From: Candidatus Latescibacterota bacterium
GTDB taxonomy: Bacteria > Latescibacterota > UBA2968 > GCA-2709665
DNA length: 64,000 nucleotides
NCBI GenBank assembly: GCA_965208835.1
Contig: OZ242358.1
Coordinates: 2,400,001 to 2,464,000, forward strand
Reading direction: 5' to 3'
Part shown: piece after piece, positions 29,801-38,494 of the stretch
Numbering within the stretch: the stretch's first letter is position 1
Layout: every line of letters starts with the position of its first letter
Position numbers and translations under genes: made by a program
Notes under the pieces: generated by a model
Database searches by the model: none
What the model saw: only the letters and a program-made list of their open reading frames with translations
Told to the model about the DNA's origin: nothing

Positions 29801-30155
29801 TCGCCGGGATCGTGGAATGGGGAAGCGCGAGGCCATTGAGCGCGCATGCCAGGTAAGACTGCGCCCCATTCTGATGACCACGTCCACGACTGTGCTTGGA
29901 TTGTTGCCCATGGCCCTTGGCATCTTCGATTTCAGGCCGTTCGTGGCAAACGTGGAATCTGGTCTGGACAACGTATTGTCCGGCGGGGCCTTGAATTACA
30001 TTATGGGTGCCCTGAACATCGTCTTCCCGGTGGGTCAGGGCGCGGAAATCCGCGCGCCGATGGCGATTACCGTAATTGGCGGCCTCGTAATCTCGACGCT
30101 GGTCACGCTGGTACTGATACCCACGCTCTATTCGCTTGTTGACCGCAAGAAATAG
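26889..30155 (+). CDS. RND efflux permease (AcrB/AcrD/AcrF family)
   Basis: GMLVDNSIVV, GIVVNNAI, RLRPILMT; ATGA overlap with the adaptor gene. Confidence 0.95.
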   Translation: MKLIAFSTRRRVTVTMFVVAAVIFGLVAFRRLSINLLPDITYPTLTVRTEYEGTSPSEMERLVTEPVEGAVGVVTNVVRVSSTSRPGVSEVVVEFSWGTDMDFASLDIREKLDRLQLPQGAEKPVLLRFDPSLDPIMRIGLYGPEGLVALRLLAEDHIKLDLESLEGVAAARVNGGLEEEIQIELDEPRLASLRIPVPQVVARLAQENVNLTGGQLKDGEAEYVVRTVNEFRSVEEIRDIVVGERQDAAITLADVGRVFRGHKERKVVNRMNGRESVELAVYKEGDANTVTVAARINGALERIEKEAGALPAGTRIEVVFSQATFIRASVAEVLNTAIMGGVLAVLVLYLFLGNPGSTAIISLSIPISVVCTFLLMFSSDVSLNIMSLGGLALGIGMLVDNSIVVLESVQRYREEGLSPPEATVKGAGEVGKAVVASTLTTICVFVPIVFVEGIAGQLFRDQALTVTFSLVASLLVALTLIPMLASFDFGRKVAAPGTATGLPRPDSASGLITGLGIILRAGRTLVKGVVTLLSPVFWIFERALGGIYRIYPRVIGWALGHRAVVLVVALALAGVSGLLAGLLGSELIPEMSQGEFSISVAMPVGTPIVATERTIRGMERIIQAQPEVELVYCTVGLSGSSDGSAGEERENVGQIHVALKEGIIRAREDDVMDRLRRTFHGIPAAECKFARPSFFSSRTPVEVEISGYNLRTLQTLSDELARRLEDVPGLVDVKTSAEGGSPEVQIRFNRKWVAQMGTSINEIGSLVRNKIQGEVATEFAQGERKVDIRVRADERHRATVEDLKRLIVSPAGASAPIPLAVVADLSVEMGPAEILRADQERVAVVSANLEGRSLSEAVADIENVIRDMVYPPDYHVKIGGQNEEQKRSFESMQLAILLAVFLVYLVMASQFESLVHPFVIMFSIPFGLVGVVWMLLATGQTVSVVVLIGLIMLAGIVVNNAIVLIDYINALRRDRGMGKREAIERACQVRLRPILMTTSTTVLGLLPMALGIFDFRPFVANVESGLDNVLSGGALNYIMGALNIVFPVGQGAEIRAPMAITVIGGLVISTLVTLVLIPTLYSLVDRKK

Positions 30156-30175
30156 GTGCCCTGGCAGGTGAGGAT

Positions 30176-30946
30176 ATGGAGTCGGGTGCGGAAAAGGGTC
30201 CTGAGGACGTCGCCTACGAGAACCGCGTTCGATCCAGTTCGCTGTCGGAACTGGAGGACATGTTCGCGCATGTGGACAGCGGGGAATACCCGCAGAGGGC
30301 GCGTGAATTGCTTGAGGAGATCGAACGGCGGCGGGCGGGTCTGGAGCGTCGGCCCGGCCGGCAGGCGCTGTCGAAGACGGCGCCGGCCGGCATGCCCCGG
30401 CGTCTCTGGGCAAGCTTGATCGATCTCTTCATTCACCTCCTGATTCTGGGTGCGTTATTTCTCGCAGGTTGGTCGGTGCTTCAGCTTGTATCGAGCCTCG
30501 GGAGCGACGGGTGGGCGGCCGCTACTGACTCAGCACGCCGGGGTCCGTCGCCGCTGCGGCAGTTCGGCGCCGGACTGCTTGCCGGCGATTCGTCGGCGTG
30601 GAAGAACGGAGAGAGGTGGTTGCAGGTGGGCCTGGTTACACTGTGTTTTCTGGTTTTCAGGGCGATGCTGACGGTGCCGGCGTGGGGGCGCGCCGGACGT
30701 ACGCCGGGAATGCGGGAGGTCGGCATCCGGCTTGTCCGGACGACTGGGGAACCCGTCGGGGTAACGCGGGCGCTGATACGGTTTTGGGGGCAGTACCTGC
30801 TATTCGGGCTGACGCTGGGCGTCAGCACCTTATGGTTGATCTGGGACCCGCGAAGGCAGTCGCTTCACGACAAGCTGTCGGAAACGTGCGTAGTGCGGGT
30901 GCGCCGCACGTGGGAAGAGACCGACGAAAACCGGATCTACGATTAG
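30176..30946 (+). CDS. RDD family membrane protein
   Basis: RRLWASLID, GRTPG...GIRLV, RQSLHDKLSETCVV. Confidence 0.85.
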   Translation: MESGAEKGPEDVAYENRVRSSSLSELEDMFAHVDSGEYPQRARELLEEIERRRAGLERRPGRQALSKTAPAGMPRRLWASLIDLFIHLLILGALFLAGWSVLQLVSSLGSDGWAAATDSARRGPSPLRQFGAGLLAGDSSAWKNGERWLQVGLVTLCFLVFRAMLTVPAWGRAGRTPGMREVGIRLVRTTGEPVGVTRALIRFWGQYLLFGLTLGVSTLWLIWDPRRQSLHDKLSETCVVRVRRTWEETDENRIYD

Positions 30947-30971
30947 GCGAGTACGGCCTGACGATTTCGGG

Positions 30972-31000
30972 TTGCCTTTCGTCGCCTATATTGTTATACT
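30972..31000 (+). promoter_or_regulatory. Sigma-70 promoter with extended -10
   Basis: TTGCCT (30972-30977), 17 nt, TG-N-TATACT (-10 at 30995-31000). Confidence 0.55.
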
Positions 31001-31003
31001 GTC

Positions 31004-31205
31004 TTGGTGTCCTGTCCCAAGAATACCTCGCCATTCTCCCGCCGATTCATCCCGTCTCCCGGCGTTGCTTGTACTGAGCTTGTCGAAGTGCTTTCTCTCG
31101 CCGGCCATACGCCGGTCGGAGGCGCTGGTTTCTAAGCCGGTGGAAGGATGCGAGACGGGCGACTCGACGGCCGAATTCTGGCGACTTCATTCCGGGACAG
31201 AACGG
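31004..31205 (+). mobile_element. MITE family A, copy 2, with REP-like inserts
   Basis: TTGGTGTCCTGTCCC...TCCGGGACAGAAC ends; internal CTGAGCTTGTCGAAG from 31074. Confidence 0.8.
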
Positions 31206-31439
31206 TGTCTTTTCCTCCATGGTCACCGCCCTGCTGCCGCACCTGCCTCCCGCAATGACGTCATTTCCAGGACCTATCAAACCTCAGGCATTTGTCGAAC
31301 GCTCCGGGCCCCGCGCCATCTCCGTGCGGGTACTCGTGTCTGGGGAGAATCCGCGAAACTTTTGCGCGATTCATGCTGTCTAACTCTACTGACGGTCTCA
31401 CGGGCGGGAGGACGGTTTTCGATTTGCAGGAGTCTGATT

Positions 31440-31877
31440 ATGCTTAAGCGGGTCCCGCAGGCCCTTTGCTGTCTGCTTGCGGTTGCGGTCGGACTGACGG
31501 CCGAGCCGGTTCAGGCGAAGTCCGTATTTACGTCCCGTCGGACATTCGGCGTTCTGTTTCTGGGCGGAAGCGCGTTTATGGCCAAGAAAGCCGTAGACTT
31601 CCGCCGGGACGCCAACCGGTCCTACGACGATTACAAACTCGCCCGCACTTCAGAAGAGGCGGAGCGTCTGTTCGACCGTACGGGCGATTACGATACCAAG
31701 AGCAAAATGAGCGTCGGGCTATCTGTCGTTCTGCTGGCCAGTGGGTTGCGCCTGATTCTCTCAAGCGGTGTGGACGAGGATCCCGTAAAGATACGTCAGA
31801 AAAGGAAGCTCAATGTGGACCTGACGAGCGACGTCAACAAGCGAATGGTCAAAGTCGCCGTCAAAAGGCATTTTTAG
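31440..31877 (+). CDS. Hypothetical exported/membrane protein
   Basis: AGGAG RBS; signal peptide (...VQA), two hydrophobic segments, C-terminal Phe. Confidence 0.7.
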   Translation: MLKRVPQALCCLLAVAVGLTAEPVQAKSVFTSRRTFGVLFLGGSAFMAKKAVDFRRDANRSYDDYKLARTSEEAERLFDRTGDYDTKSKMSVGLSVVLLASGLRLILSSGVDEDPVKIRQKRKLNVDLTSDVNKRMVKVAVKRHF

Positions 31878-31932
31878 TCGTGACGGCCGTTGTCGTCTAC
31901 CAGTCGGCTGCACAGATCCGCAGTTTTTGCGC

Positions 31933-34551
31933 ATGAAGGAGAGGTTTATGGCGCGTTGGAAATTCAGCCCGATCCGACTCGGAGTGTGGGGCATGATGGC
32001 CATTGTACTGGCTGGGGCGGGGCGTTGCGGTCGCGAACGGGAGAACCCGGTCGATCCGAATTTTCCCGGCGGCGGAACACTGCAACCCCCCGGAAACATT
32101 CGCGCGCAAGGAGACATCGGCCGAATTCTGTTGACATGGGACGCGGTGAATATCGATGAACTCGCGGGATACGGCGTGTGGCGCGCCGCATCGGCCACAG
32201 GCGATTACACCCGGCTGCGCGGCGAGTCGAACGATGCGAATGTAACCACCGGCCGCACGGTCTTTGTCGATTCCACGATGGAGGTTTCTGCTTCCAGGGT
32301 CTATTTTTACAGAGTTACCACCGTGGATGTCAACGGACAATCCAGCGACAGGTCCGCCTTCGTCAGCGCCGAGGTGCGCGAAGACAAGAGGCCGCCGGCT
32401 CCTCCTGCGAATCTTTCCGCCGTCAGAGACGAAAACACCGGTCGCGTGGCGCTCTTCTGGGATGCGCCCAAGGTGGACGCAGACAACCAGGACCTGACCG
32501 GGCTGGACGGTTACCGGGTATTCAGGGCGAAAGACTCCGAAGATGCCTATGTCCTGATTGCCACGGTTCCCGCCTCCCAGACGACGTATATGGATACAAC
32601 GCAGGTGGATACGGACGTCAGGTATTTATACCAGGTTTCCGCAGTCGACAGGTTCGACAACGAAAGCGCGCGCTCCCGCTCCGTTTCGGTGAGTGCGGCG
32701 GAGACCGGGATAGCACCGCCGGGCGGCTTGCGGACCGTGGGCAAAGTTGGCAAGATCGAATTGCATTGGAACCCGTCGAACGAAGATAACCTCCTGGGTT
32801 ACCTGGTTTTAAGGTCGAAGTCCACCCAGGCGCCCTTTGAGCCGGTGTCGTCAGATGCTCCGTTTACCACCGCCCAGACCGTGTATATAGATACCGACGT
32901 GCAGGTAGATGAGGTTTACTTTTACCGGGTTAAGACCGTCGTACAGGATCCCGAACGTGGCATTGTCGTGGGCGATGAGTCACCCTTTGTCGATGGCACG
33001 GCCGAAGTGGATGAATCGCCGCCGTCAGCGCCGTCAGACTTGAGCGTCAGCCTCGATGATGAGAATGCGGGGGTCGTATTGCTCAGTTGGGCGCCTCCCA
33101 CAAGAGATGCCGGCGGCGACGAGCTGACTGGACTTTCCCACTACCGGGTCTTCCGATCTAAAGAAACCGCCAGCTCGTTCGTGGAGATGGCGCAGATTCC
33201 CGGCGTGCAGACCACGTACCGCGACACGTCTGTGGAGCCGCTTACTCTGTATTATTACACCGTAAACGCAGTCGACTTCGAAGAAAACGGTGGACCGCGG
33301 TCGGCGCCCGTGTCCGTCAGCACGCCTGGTCTTGCCACCCCCACCCGGGTTGCGGCAATCGCCGGCGAGGCCAAAATCACACTGGCCTGGGCGCCAAACT
33401 CAGAGGCGCAGCTGAGCGGCTACGAAGTGTTGCGCTACAGCGACCCGCTGCAGCCAGACGTGTTCTCCACGTTCAGTACCCCGTGGCCGGCCTATGTGGA
33501 TTCGCCGCTCGTCGGGGGCAAGACCTATGCGTATCGTGTTCGTGCGTTGGGCTCGGGCGGGCTTAACAGCAGATTGTCGGATTTCGTGTTGGCGACCGCG
33601 CTGGACGACGACCTGGCGCCGGCGGCCCCTGAATTCCTGTACGTGAAATTGTCGGGCAATACGGATATCGAGTTGAGCTGGCGTGCGCCCACAACCGATG
33701 AGGACGGTTCGGAACAGACGGGCCTCCATCAGTATAGGATTTACAGGTCGGAAGGTTCCGGCTCGGCCGGGTATGAGTGGATTGCGACAGTCGACTCGAC
33801 CAGGCTGAGTTATCTGGACGAAGGTCTGGAGGCATCCACGATGTACAGTTACCAGGTGCGCGCTATAGACGGCGCCGGCAACGAAAGCGAGGCTTCCAGG
33901 CCGGTATCGCTGGAGACGGGCCCAGAGGTAGAAGATGAGCAGGCGCCCGGTCCGCCGGAGTTCCTGTATGCGGAACTATCGGGTAGTACGGCGATCCAGC
34001 TGTCCTGGCGCGCTTCCACAACCGACGAGGACGGTACGCAACAGACGGGCCTTTCCCATTTCAGGATCTACCGGTCGGGGGGCACGGGATCGGCCGGGTT
34101 CTCATTGATTGCTACGGTAGACTCCACAAACCTGAAATACCGCGATTCGGGTCTGGAAACTTCCACGACTTACGTCTACCAGGTTCGCGCCGTCGATGCC
34201 CGCGAAAACGAGAGTGAGCCTTCGAATGCGGTGTCGCTGACGACCGGCGCCAGAAGACTGTTGCCGAGGCCCACAAACGTCGCAGCGGTTGTACGGGAGC
34301 TGGAGGATGAGAGCCTTGCCGTCGTCGTCACCTGGCGGGCGCCGTCGGGCATTTCCAGTTTTGGGGTTTATCGGCAAACGGCGGGCGCTTCTTCTAGCAA
34401 CCGGTTTGAAACCGTGGCATTCAGGTTGTCGAGCACGAGGTACATCGATACGGACGTCGTATCGGGCAACACCTATATCTATTACGTCTTGTCTCTTGAC
34501 GGTTCGGCACTCAGCGATCCGTCGGAGAAGGTGGTTGTAGCCGTACCGTAG
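31933..34551 (+). CDS. Multi-fibronectin type III repeat protein, probable lipoprotein
   Basis: About 8 FN3 units (P..P..L...L.W......GY.V.R...Y.D......Y.Y.V.AVD..NES); hydrophobic signal ending in Cys, then NPVDP; start may be 31948. Confidence 0.88.
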   Translation: MKERFMARWKFSPIRLGVWGMMAIVLAGAGRCGRERENPVDPNFPGGGTLQPPGNIRAQGDIGRILLTWDAVNIDELAGYGVWRAASATGDYTRLRGESNDANVTTGRTVFVDSTMEVSASRVYFYRVTTVDVNGQSSDRSAFVSAEVREDKRPPAPPANLSAVRDENTGRVALFWDAPKVDADNQDLTGLDGYRVFRAKDSEDAYVLIATVPASQTTYMDTTQVDTDVRYLYQVSAVDRFDNESARSRSVSVSAAETGIAPPGGLRTVGKVGKIELHWNPSNEDNLLGYLVLRSKSTQAPFEPVSSDAPFTTAQTVYIDTDVQVDEVYFYRVKTVVQDPERGIVVGDESPFVDGTAEVDESPPSAPSDLSVSLDDENAGVVLLSWAPPTRDAGGDELTGLSHYRVFRSKETASSFVEMAQIPGVQTTYRDTSVEPLTLYYYTVNAVDFEENGGPRSAPVSVSTPGLATPTRVAAIAGEAKITLAWAPNSEAQLSGYEVLRYSDPLQPDVFSTFSTPWPAYVDSPLVGGKTYAYRVRALGSGGLNSRLSDFVLATALDDDLAPAAPEFLYVKLSGNTDIELSWRAPTTDEDGSEQTGLHQYRIYRSEGSGSAGYEWIATVDSTRLSYLDEGLEASTMYSYQVRAIDGAGNESEASRPVSLETGPEVEDEQAPGPPEFLYAELSGSTAIQLSWRASTTDEDGTQQTGLSHFRIYRSGGTGSAGFSLIATVDSTNLKYRDSGLETSTTYVYQVRAVDARENESEPSNAVSLTTGARRLLPRPTNVAAVVRELEDESLAVVVTWRAPSGISSFGVYRQTAGASSSNRFETVAFRLSSTRYIDTDVVSGNTYIYYVLSLDGSALSDPSEKVVVAVP

Positions 34552-34579
34552 TCTAACCGACCGATCGTGCAATTGGCAG

Positions 34580-34623
34580 GCAGCAGAGTGCCGTTTCGTC
34601 CGGCGCTCTGCTGTTTTTCTTTT
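34580..34623 (+). terminator. Rho-independent terminator of the FN3 gene
   Basis: gcagcagagtgccg / cggcgctctgctgt stem followed by ttttctttt. Confidence 0.8.
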
Positions 34624-35102
34624 GGCGATGCCGATGGAACAGGGCATCGGATGTCCGGTTTCTGTTACGGATACGGAAATCGGCCGATGCGCCGCTCAAC
34701 TCTGATTGTGTGTACACCGTGTCGGTCCCAATCCTTGCCACGAGCACGTCACCTAAAAGTGTCGATGGGCTGACGAGTTGCTCCGGGTGAACATAAACAT
34801 CCGTACACTGTGACGAACGCGGCAAAAGCCGTTTGCAACATGCCAACCGTTGAAGGCACTTCAAGGATCTTCTTCGCGCGATCTGACGCACGGTACGTGA
34901 CGATCGAAACGTCGTCTGCCATGATTTACACGACATCCATCCGCGAACGGCGGCTCCTCCAGCCAGAGATTCAGGCACGCTTGTCCCTGTAAACTCGGGA
35001 TTTGCAGTATTTCCTTTCACAGGATTGTCGCTCCGGTACGTCTCATGCATAGCCACCAGGAGTTCGTCGGTTGTGTACGGGTCACGAAACGGAGGATGGT
35101 CT

Positions 35103-36422
35103 ATGCAGCGCGTGCTTCTGGTGGACGGCGACAGTCGATTCCGGAGGGAGATGAAGGACCGATTGACGCGGCGCGGGGTGAGTGTCGCGTGTGCGGGAAC
35201 CGCCCGTGAAGGATTGAGACTCTACAGGCGCGGTCGCCCCGCATGTGTTTTCGCCGAGGCTGAACCCCAGGACGGGGGCGGTTTTCCGGTACTCGAGGAG
35301 GCGCACCGCCACACCCCGGTGGTCGTGGTGAGTGAGGGATTCTCTCCCGATCAGGTTTATTCGGCAATCTCGGGTGGTGCTTTCGACTGTCTGACCAAAC
35401 CGGTGGATGATCCCACCCTGGACGGATTGTTGCATCGCTTGCGCAGGGAGCGAAAGACCCCGGTAGAAGCGTGCCCGCTCGAACACGTCCCGCACGTCGG
35501 CGGCGAGATGATTGTAGGACGTTCCCAGAAGATGGTCGAGGCGCTTAAGACGATTGCAGCTGTCGCCGGCACTTCGGCAACGGTACTGATTTGTGGAGAA
35601 AGCGGCACTGGAAAGGAGTTGATGGCCAGGGAAATCCATCGTGCGTCGCGAAGACCCGGGGCGTTCGTGGCCCTCAACTGTGTGGCGGTTATGGAGACCC
35701 TCACGGAAAGCGAATTGTTCGGGCACGAACGGGGCGCCTTTACGGGAGCGGCTGGGCGGCGCGCGGGATGTTTTGAGCAGGCCAGCCACGGTACGCTTTT
35801 CCTGGATGAGATCGGCGATGCGCTTCCTGGTTTTCAGGCCAAGCTGCTGCGTGTGCTGGACCAGGTCGAATTCCGTCGTGTGGGCGGCCAGGAAACGATC
35901 CGACCGGATGTACGGGTGGTCGCGGCCACGAATGCCGAATTGGAGAGTCTGGTGGCGAAAGGGACGTTCAGGGCGGATCTCTATTACCGGCTGAGCGAGG
36001 TAACCGTCCTGCTGCCGCCACTTCGCGACCGCCTTGCGGACATACCCTTGCTTGCGCGGCGCACTCTGAGCGAGGTCCGGCACCGTACCGGCCGGAGCCT
36101 GGGGGGCATCTCTCAGGAAGCCATGCACAGGCTGATGGTCCATCCGTGGCCGGGTAACGTCCGGGAATTGCAGAATGTTCTGGTGAGGGCGGCGCTCCAT
36201 TGCCGGGGGCGTACGATCCAGTGTAATCACCTGAAGGGTCTGATCTCGGATGAATCGCCCGATTCCGAAGAACCGTTGACCCTCTCTGATGTGGAACGCC
36301 GGCATATTGAGCAGGTCCTGAATGCGACGGGCTGGAACCGGGGCATGGCTTGCGAGATCCTGGGCGTGTCGCGGCCGACGCTCCGAAGAAAGATCAGGGA
36401 CTATGGACTTCTCGGTGGATGA
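35103..36422 (+). CDS. Sigma-54-dependent activator (NtrC family) with atypical receiver domain
   Basis: GESGTGKE, GAFTGA, FLDEIG, WPGNVREL, Fis-type HTH; GGAGG RBS. Confidence 0.93.
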   Translation: MQRVLLVDGDSRFRREMKDRLTRRGVSVACAGTAREGLRLYRRGRPACVFAEAEPQDGGGFPVLEEAHRHTPVVVVSEGFSPDQVYSAISGGAFDCLTKPVDDPTLDGLLHRLRRERKTPVEACPLEHVPHVGGEMIVGRSQKMVEALKTIAAVAGTSATVLICGESGTGKELMAREIHRASRRPGAFVALNCVAVMETLTESELFGHERGAFTGAAGRRAGCFEQASHGTLFLDEIGDALPGFQAKLLRVLDQVEFRRVGGQETIRPDVRVVAATNAELESLVAKGTFRADLYYRLSEVTVLLPPLRDRLADIPLLARRTLSEVRHRTGRSLGGISQEAMHRLMVHPWPGNVRELQNVLVRAALHCRGRTIQCNHLKGLISDESPDSEEPLTLSDVERRHIEQVLNATGWNRGMACEILGVSRPTLRRKIRDYGLLGG

Positions 36423-36482
36423 GGGCGACGTTCCGGCGTAATGCATGGTCAGTGCTCCGCTGGCCAGAACACGCGCCGGTGC

Positions 36483-36511
36483 TTGACTTCGTGCAGGCTG
36501 GTGTGTATGAT
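36483..36511 (+). promoter_or_regulatory. Sigma-70 promoter of threonine synthase
   Basis: TTGACT (36483-36488), 17 nt, TATGAT (36506-36511). Confidence 0.65.
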
Positions 36512-36574
36512 ATGTCCGTTTCGACGCGTCGTATCGGCCTACGAATGCCCGGGTGCCCCCTCGCAGGAGGATGG

Positions 36575-37765
36575 ATGGGATATCTGGTTGACCTGATATG
36601 TACCCGCTGTGACCGAAGTCACGATAAACAGAGGCTCTGGAATCTGAGTGCCTGCTGCGAGGCGCCGCTCTTCGCCAGGTACGATCTGGAAAGTGCGTCG
36701 CGATCCGTCGACAGAGCAGATTTGCCGGGACGGGAGGCGACGATGTGGCGATACGAGGAAGTCCTGCCCGTCGAACGGGCGGCGTACCGGGTGAGCCTGG
36801 GTGAGGGATTCACGCCTCTTCTGCGGGTCGATGCGCTGGGGAGGCGGTTAGGCGTGCCCATCCTCTACGTAAAGGACGAGGGGGTCAATCCCACAGGATC
36901 TTTCAAGGCGCGCGGATTGTCGGCGGCAGTATCCAGGGCGGTGGAGCTGGGGGCGGTTGCCGTGGCCATCCCGTCGGCGGGGAATGCGGGCGGGGCAACG
37001 GCGGCTTACGCGGCGCGGGCGGGGCTGACTGCACATATATTCATGCCGGCGGATGCCCCGGAGGCAAACATGGTGGAGTGCCGGCAACTGGGTGCGCACC
37101 TGACGCTTGTGGACGGTCTGATTACGGATTGCGGGAGGCTGGTGGCCGATCGAAAGGCCGCAGAGGGCTGGTTCGACGTTTCAACGCTCAAGGAGCCGTA
37201 CCGGGTAGAGGGGAAGAAGACAATGGGATACGAGCTCGCCGAGCAGTTGGGTTGGGTGTTGCCGGATGTCGTACTGTATCCCACGGGAGGCGGTACGGGC
37301 CTGATTGGCATGTGGAAGGCATTCGACGAAATGGAAGCAATGGGATGGATCGGCTCCGCGCGTCCCCGGATGGTGGCCGTACAGGCAGCGGGCTGTGCGC
37401 CTATCGTCAGGGCATTTGAAACGGGCGCGGAATCGGCCGGCTTCTGGGAAGGCGCGGAAACCGTTGCGTCGGGCCTCCGGGTGCCCGGTGCCGTAGGTGA
37501 CTTTCTAATGCTAAATGCCATCCGTGAAAGCCGCGGCACGGCGGTCGCTGTCACCGATGGGGCCCTGTTGGCATGCGTCGATGAGATGGCTTCCGCGACT
37601 GGCATTTTTCCGGCGCCCGAAGGCGCGGCGACGCTTGCCGGTCTCAAGAAACTCATCGAGGACGGGTGGATCTCTTCCGAGGACCGGGTCGTGTTGTTCA
37701 ATACCGGTACCGGGTTGAAATACATCGAGACGATGGCAGCGGCAGGCCGCGCCGACGACAGGTGA
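36575..37765 (+). CDS. thrC: Threonine synthase
   Basis: N-terminal CxxC, LGEGFTPL, NPTGSFKARG (PLP Lys), EGKKTMGYE, PTGGG, TGTGLK. Confidence 0.88.
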   Translation: MGYLVDLICTRCDRSHDKQRLWNLSACCEAPLFARYDLESASRSVDRADLPGREATMWRYEEVLPVERAAYRVSLGEGFTPLLRVDALGRRLGVPILYVKDEGVNPTGSFKARGLSAAVSRAVELGAVAVAIPSAGNAGGATAAYAARAGLTAHIFMPADAPEANMVECRQLGAHLTLVDGLITDCGRLVADRKAAEGWFDVSTLKEPYRVEGKKTMGYELAEQLGWVLPDVVLYPTGGGTGLIGMWKAFDEMEAMGWIGSARPRMVAVQAAGCAPIVRAFETGAESAGFWEGAETVASGLRVPGAVGDFLMLNAIRESRGTAVAVTDGALLACVDEMASATGIFPAPEGAATLAGLKKLIEDGWISSEDRVVLFNTGTGLKYIETMAAAGRADDR

Positions 37766-37865
37766 ACCGTTTGCCAGGGTGCGCTCCCTGCCGGCATTTC
37801 ACAGTCGCGTCGACGGTGAGTCGCTGCAGGTTGGCGCCAATGACCCCCTACATGCTGGAGGGTCG

Positions 37866-38063
37866 TTTGCCTCAATGCCAAAAGAACAGCAACGCGGCGA
37901 CGCGATAAGACCCTCCGAAAAGGGGCGCTATCGACGTATAGAGGGACGTTTTTTCTTTCACGTCCAGTGACTTGGTGTATCCTGGTAATCCGCCGTCTAA
38001 TCGCCTTTATTTACAAGCACATATTCGAACTAACGTACCCGAAGACTTGCGAATCAGGGTTAA
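37866..38063 (+). mobile_element. MITE family B, copy 2
   Basis: Shares acgtccag...tggtgtatcctggtaatc...taatcgcctt...atattcga...cgaatc..ggttaac with 23941-24139. Confidence 0.7.
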
Positions 38064-38090
38064 CCGTGCACGAAAGGAGGTGTCCGGCGG

Positions 38091-38480
38091 ATGAAGAGGC
38101 GCGAGATCGGGAAGTTCCAGAGTTTCGTTCTTGAGGAAGAGGATACGGTCGTGGTGATGGGTAACCTGAAAGCCCACGCGGATTTCCTCACGGGACTCGG
38201 GTTCAGCCGTCACCCGGATACGGGCGAGTACGTTGGCACCGGCGCCAATCTCTACGCAATGGCTCCAGACGATTTCTACGATCGATTCAGTGCGCGTACC
38301 GGCGCGGATCCGGAACTGACCGCTCAGGCTCACGACGGTGAGGATTTCTATCAGATCGACGGACTGCCGCTGGCCGCGGTAGATGTCAATGGCAATCCCT
38401 ACATCGAAGGAATTACTGCCGTGGACATTGAGACCCGGGTCTATATTGAACAGGGCGTCGCGAACTTCAGGGTTGGCTGA
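38091..38480 (+). CDS. Hypothetical acidic protein (129 aa)
   Basis: AAGGAGGT RBS; convergent with hpnE. Confidence 0.75.
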   Translation: MKRREIGKFQSFVLEEEDTVVVMGNLKAHADFLTGLGFSRHPDTGEYVGTGANLYAMAPDDFYDRFSARTGADPELTAQAHDGEDFYQIDGLPLAAVDVNGNPYIEGITAVDIETRVYIEQGVANFRVG

Positions 38481-38494
38481 ACCGCCCGGACGGG

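Noticed and set aside
34553-35100. Sigma-54 promoter near the activator gene
   Set aside because: The TGGCA sites examined lack a correctly spaced TTGC at -12.
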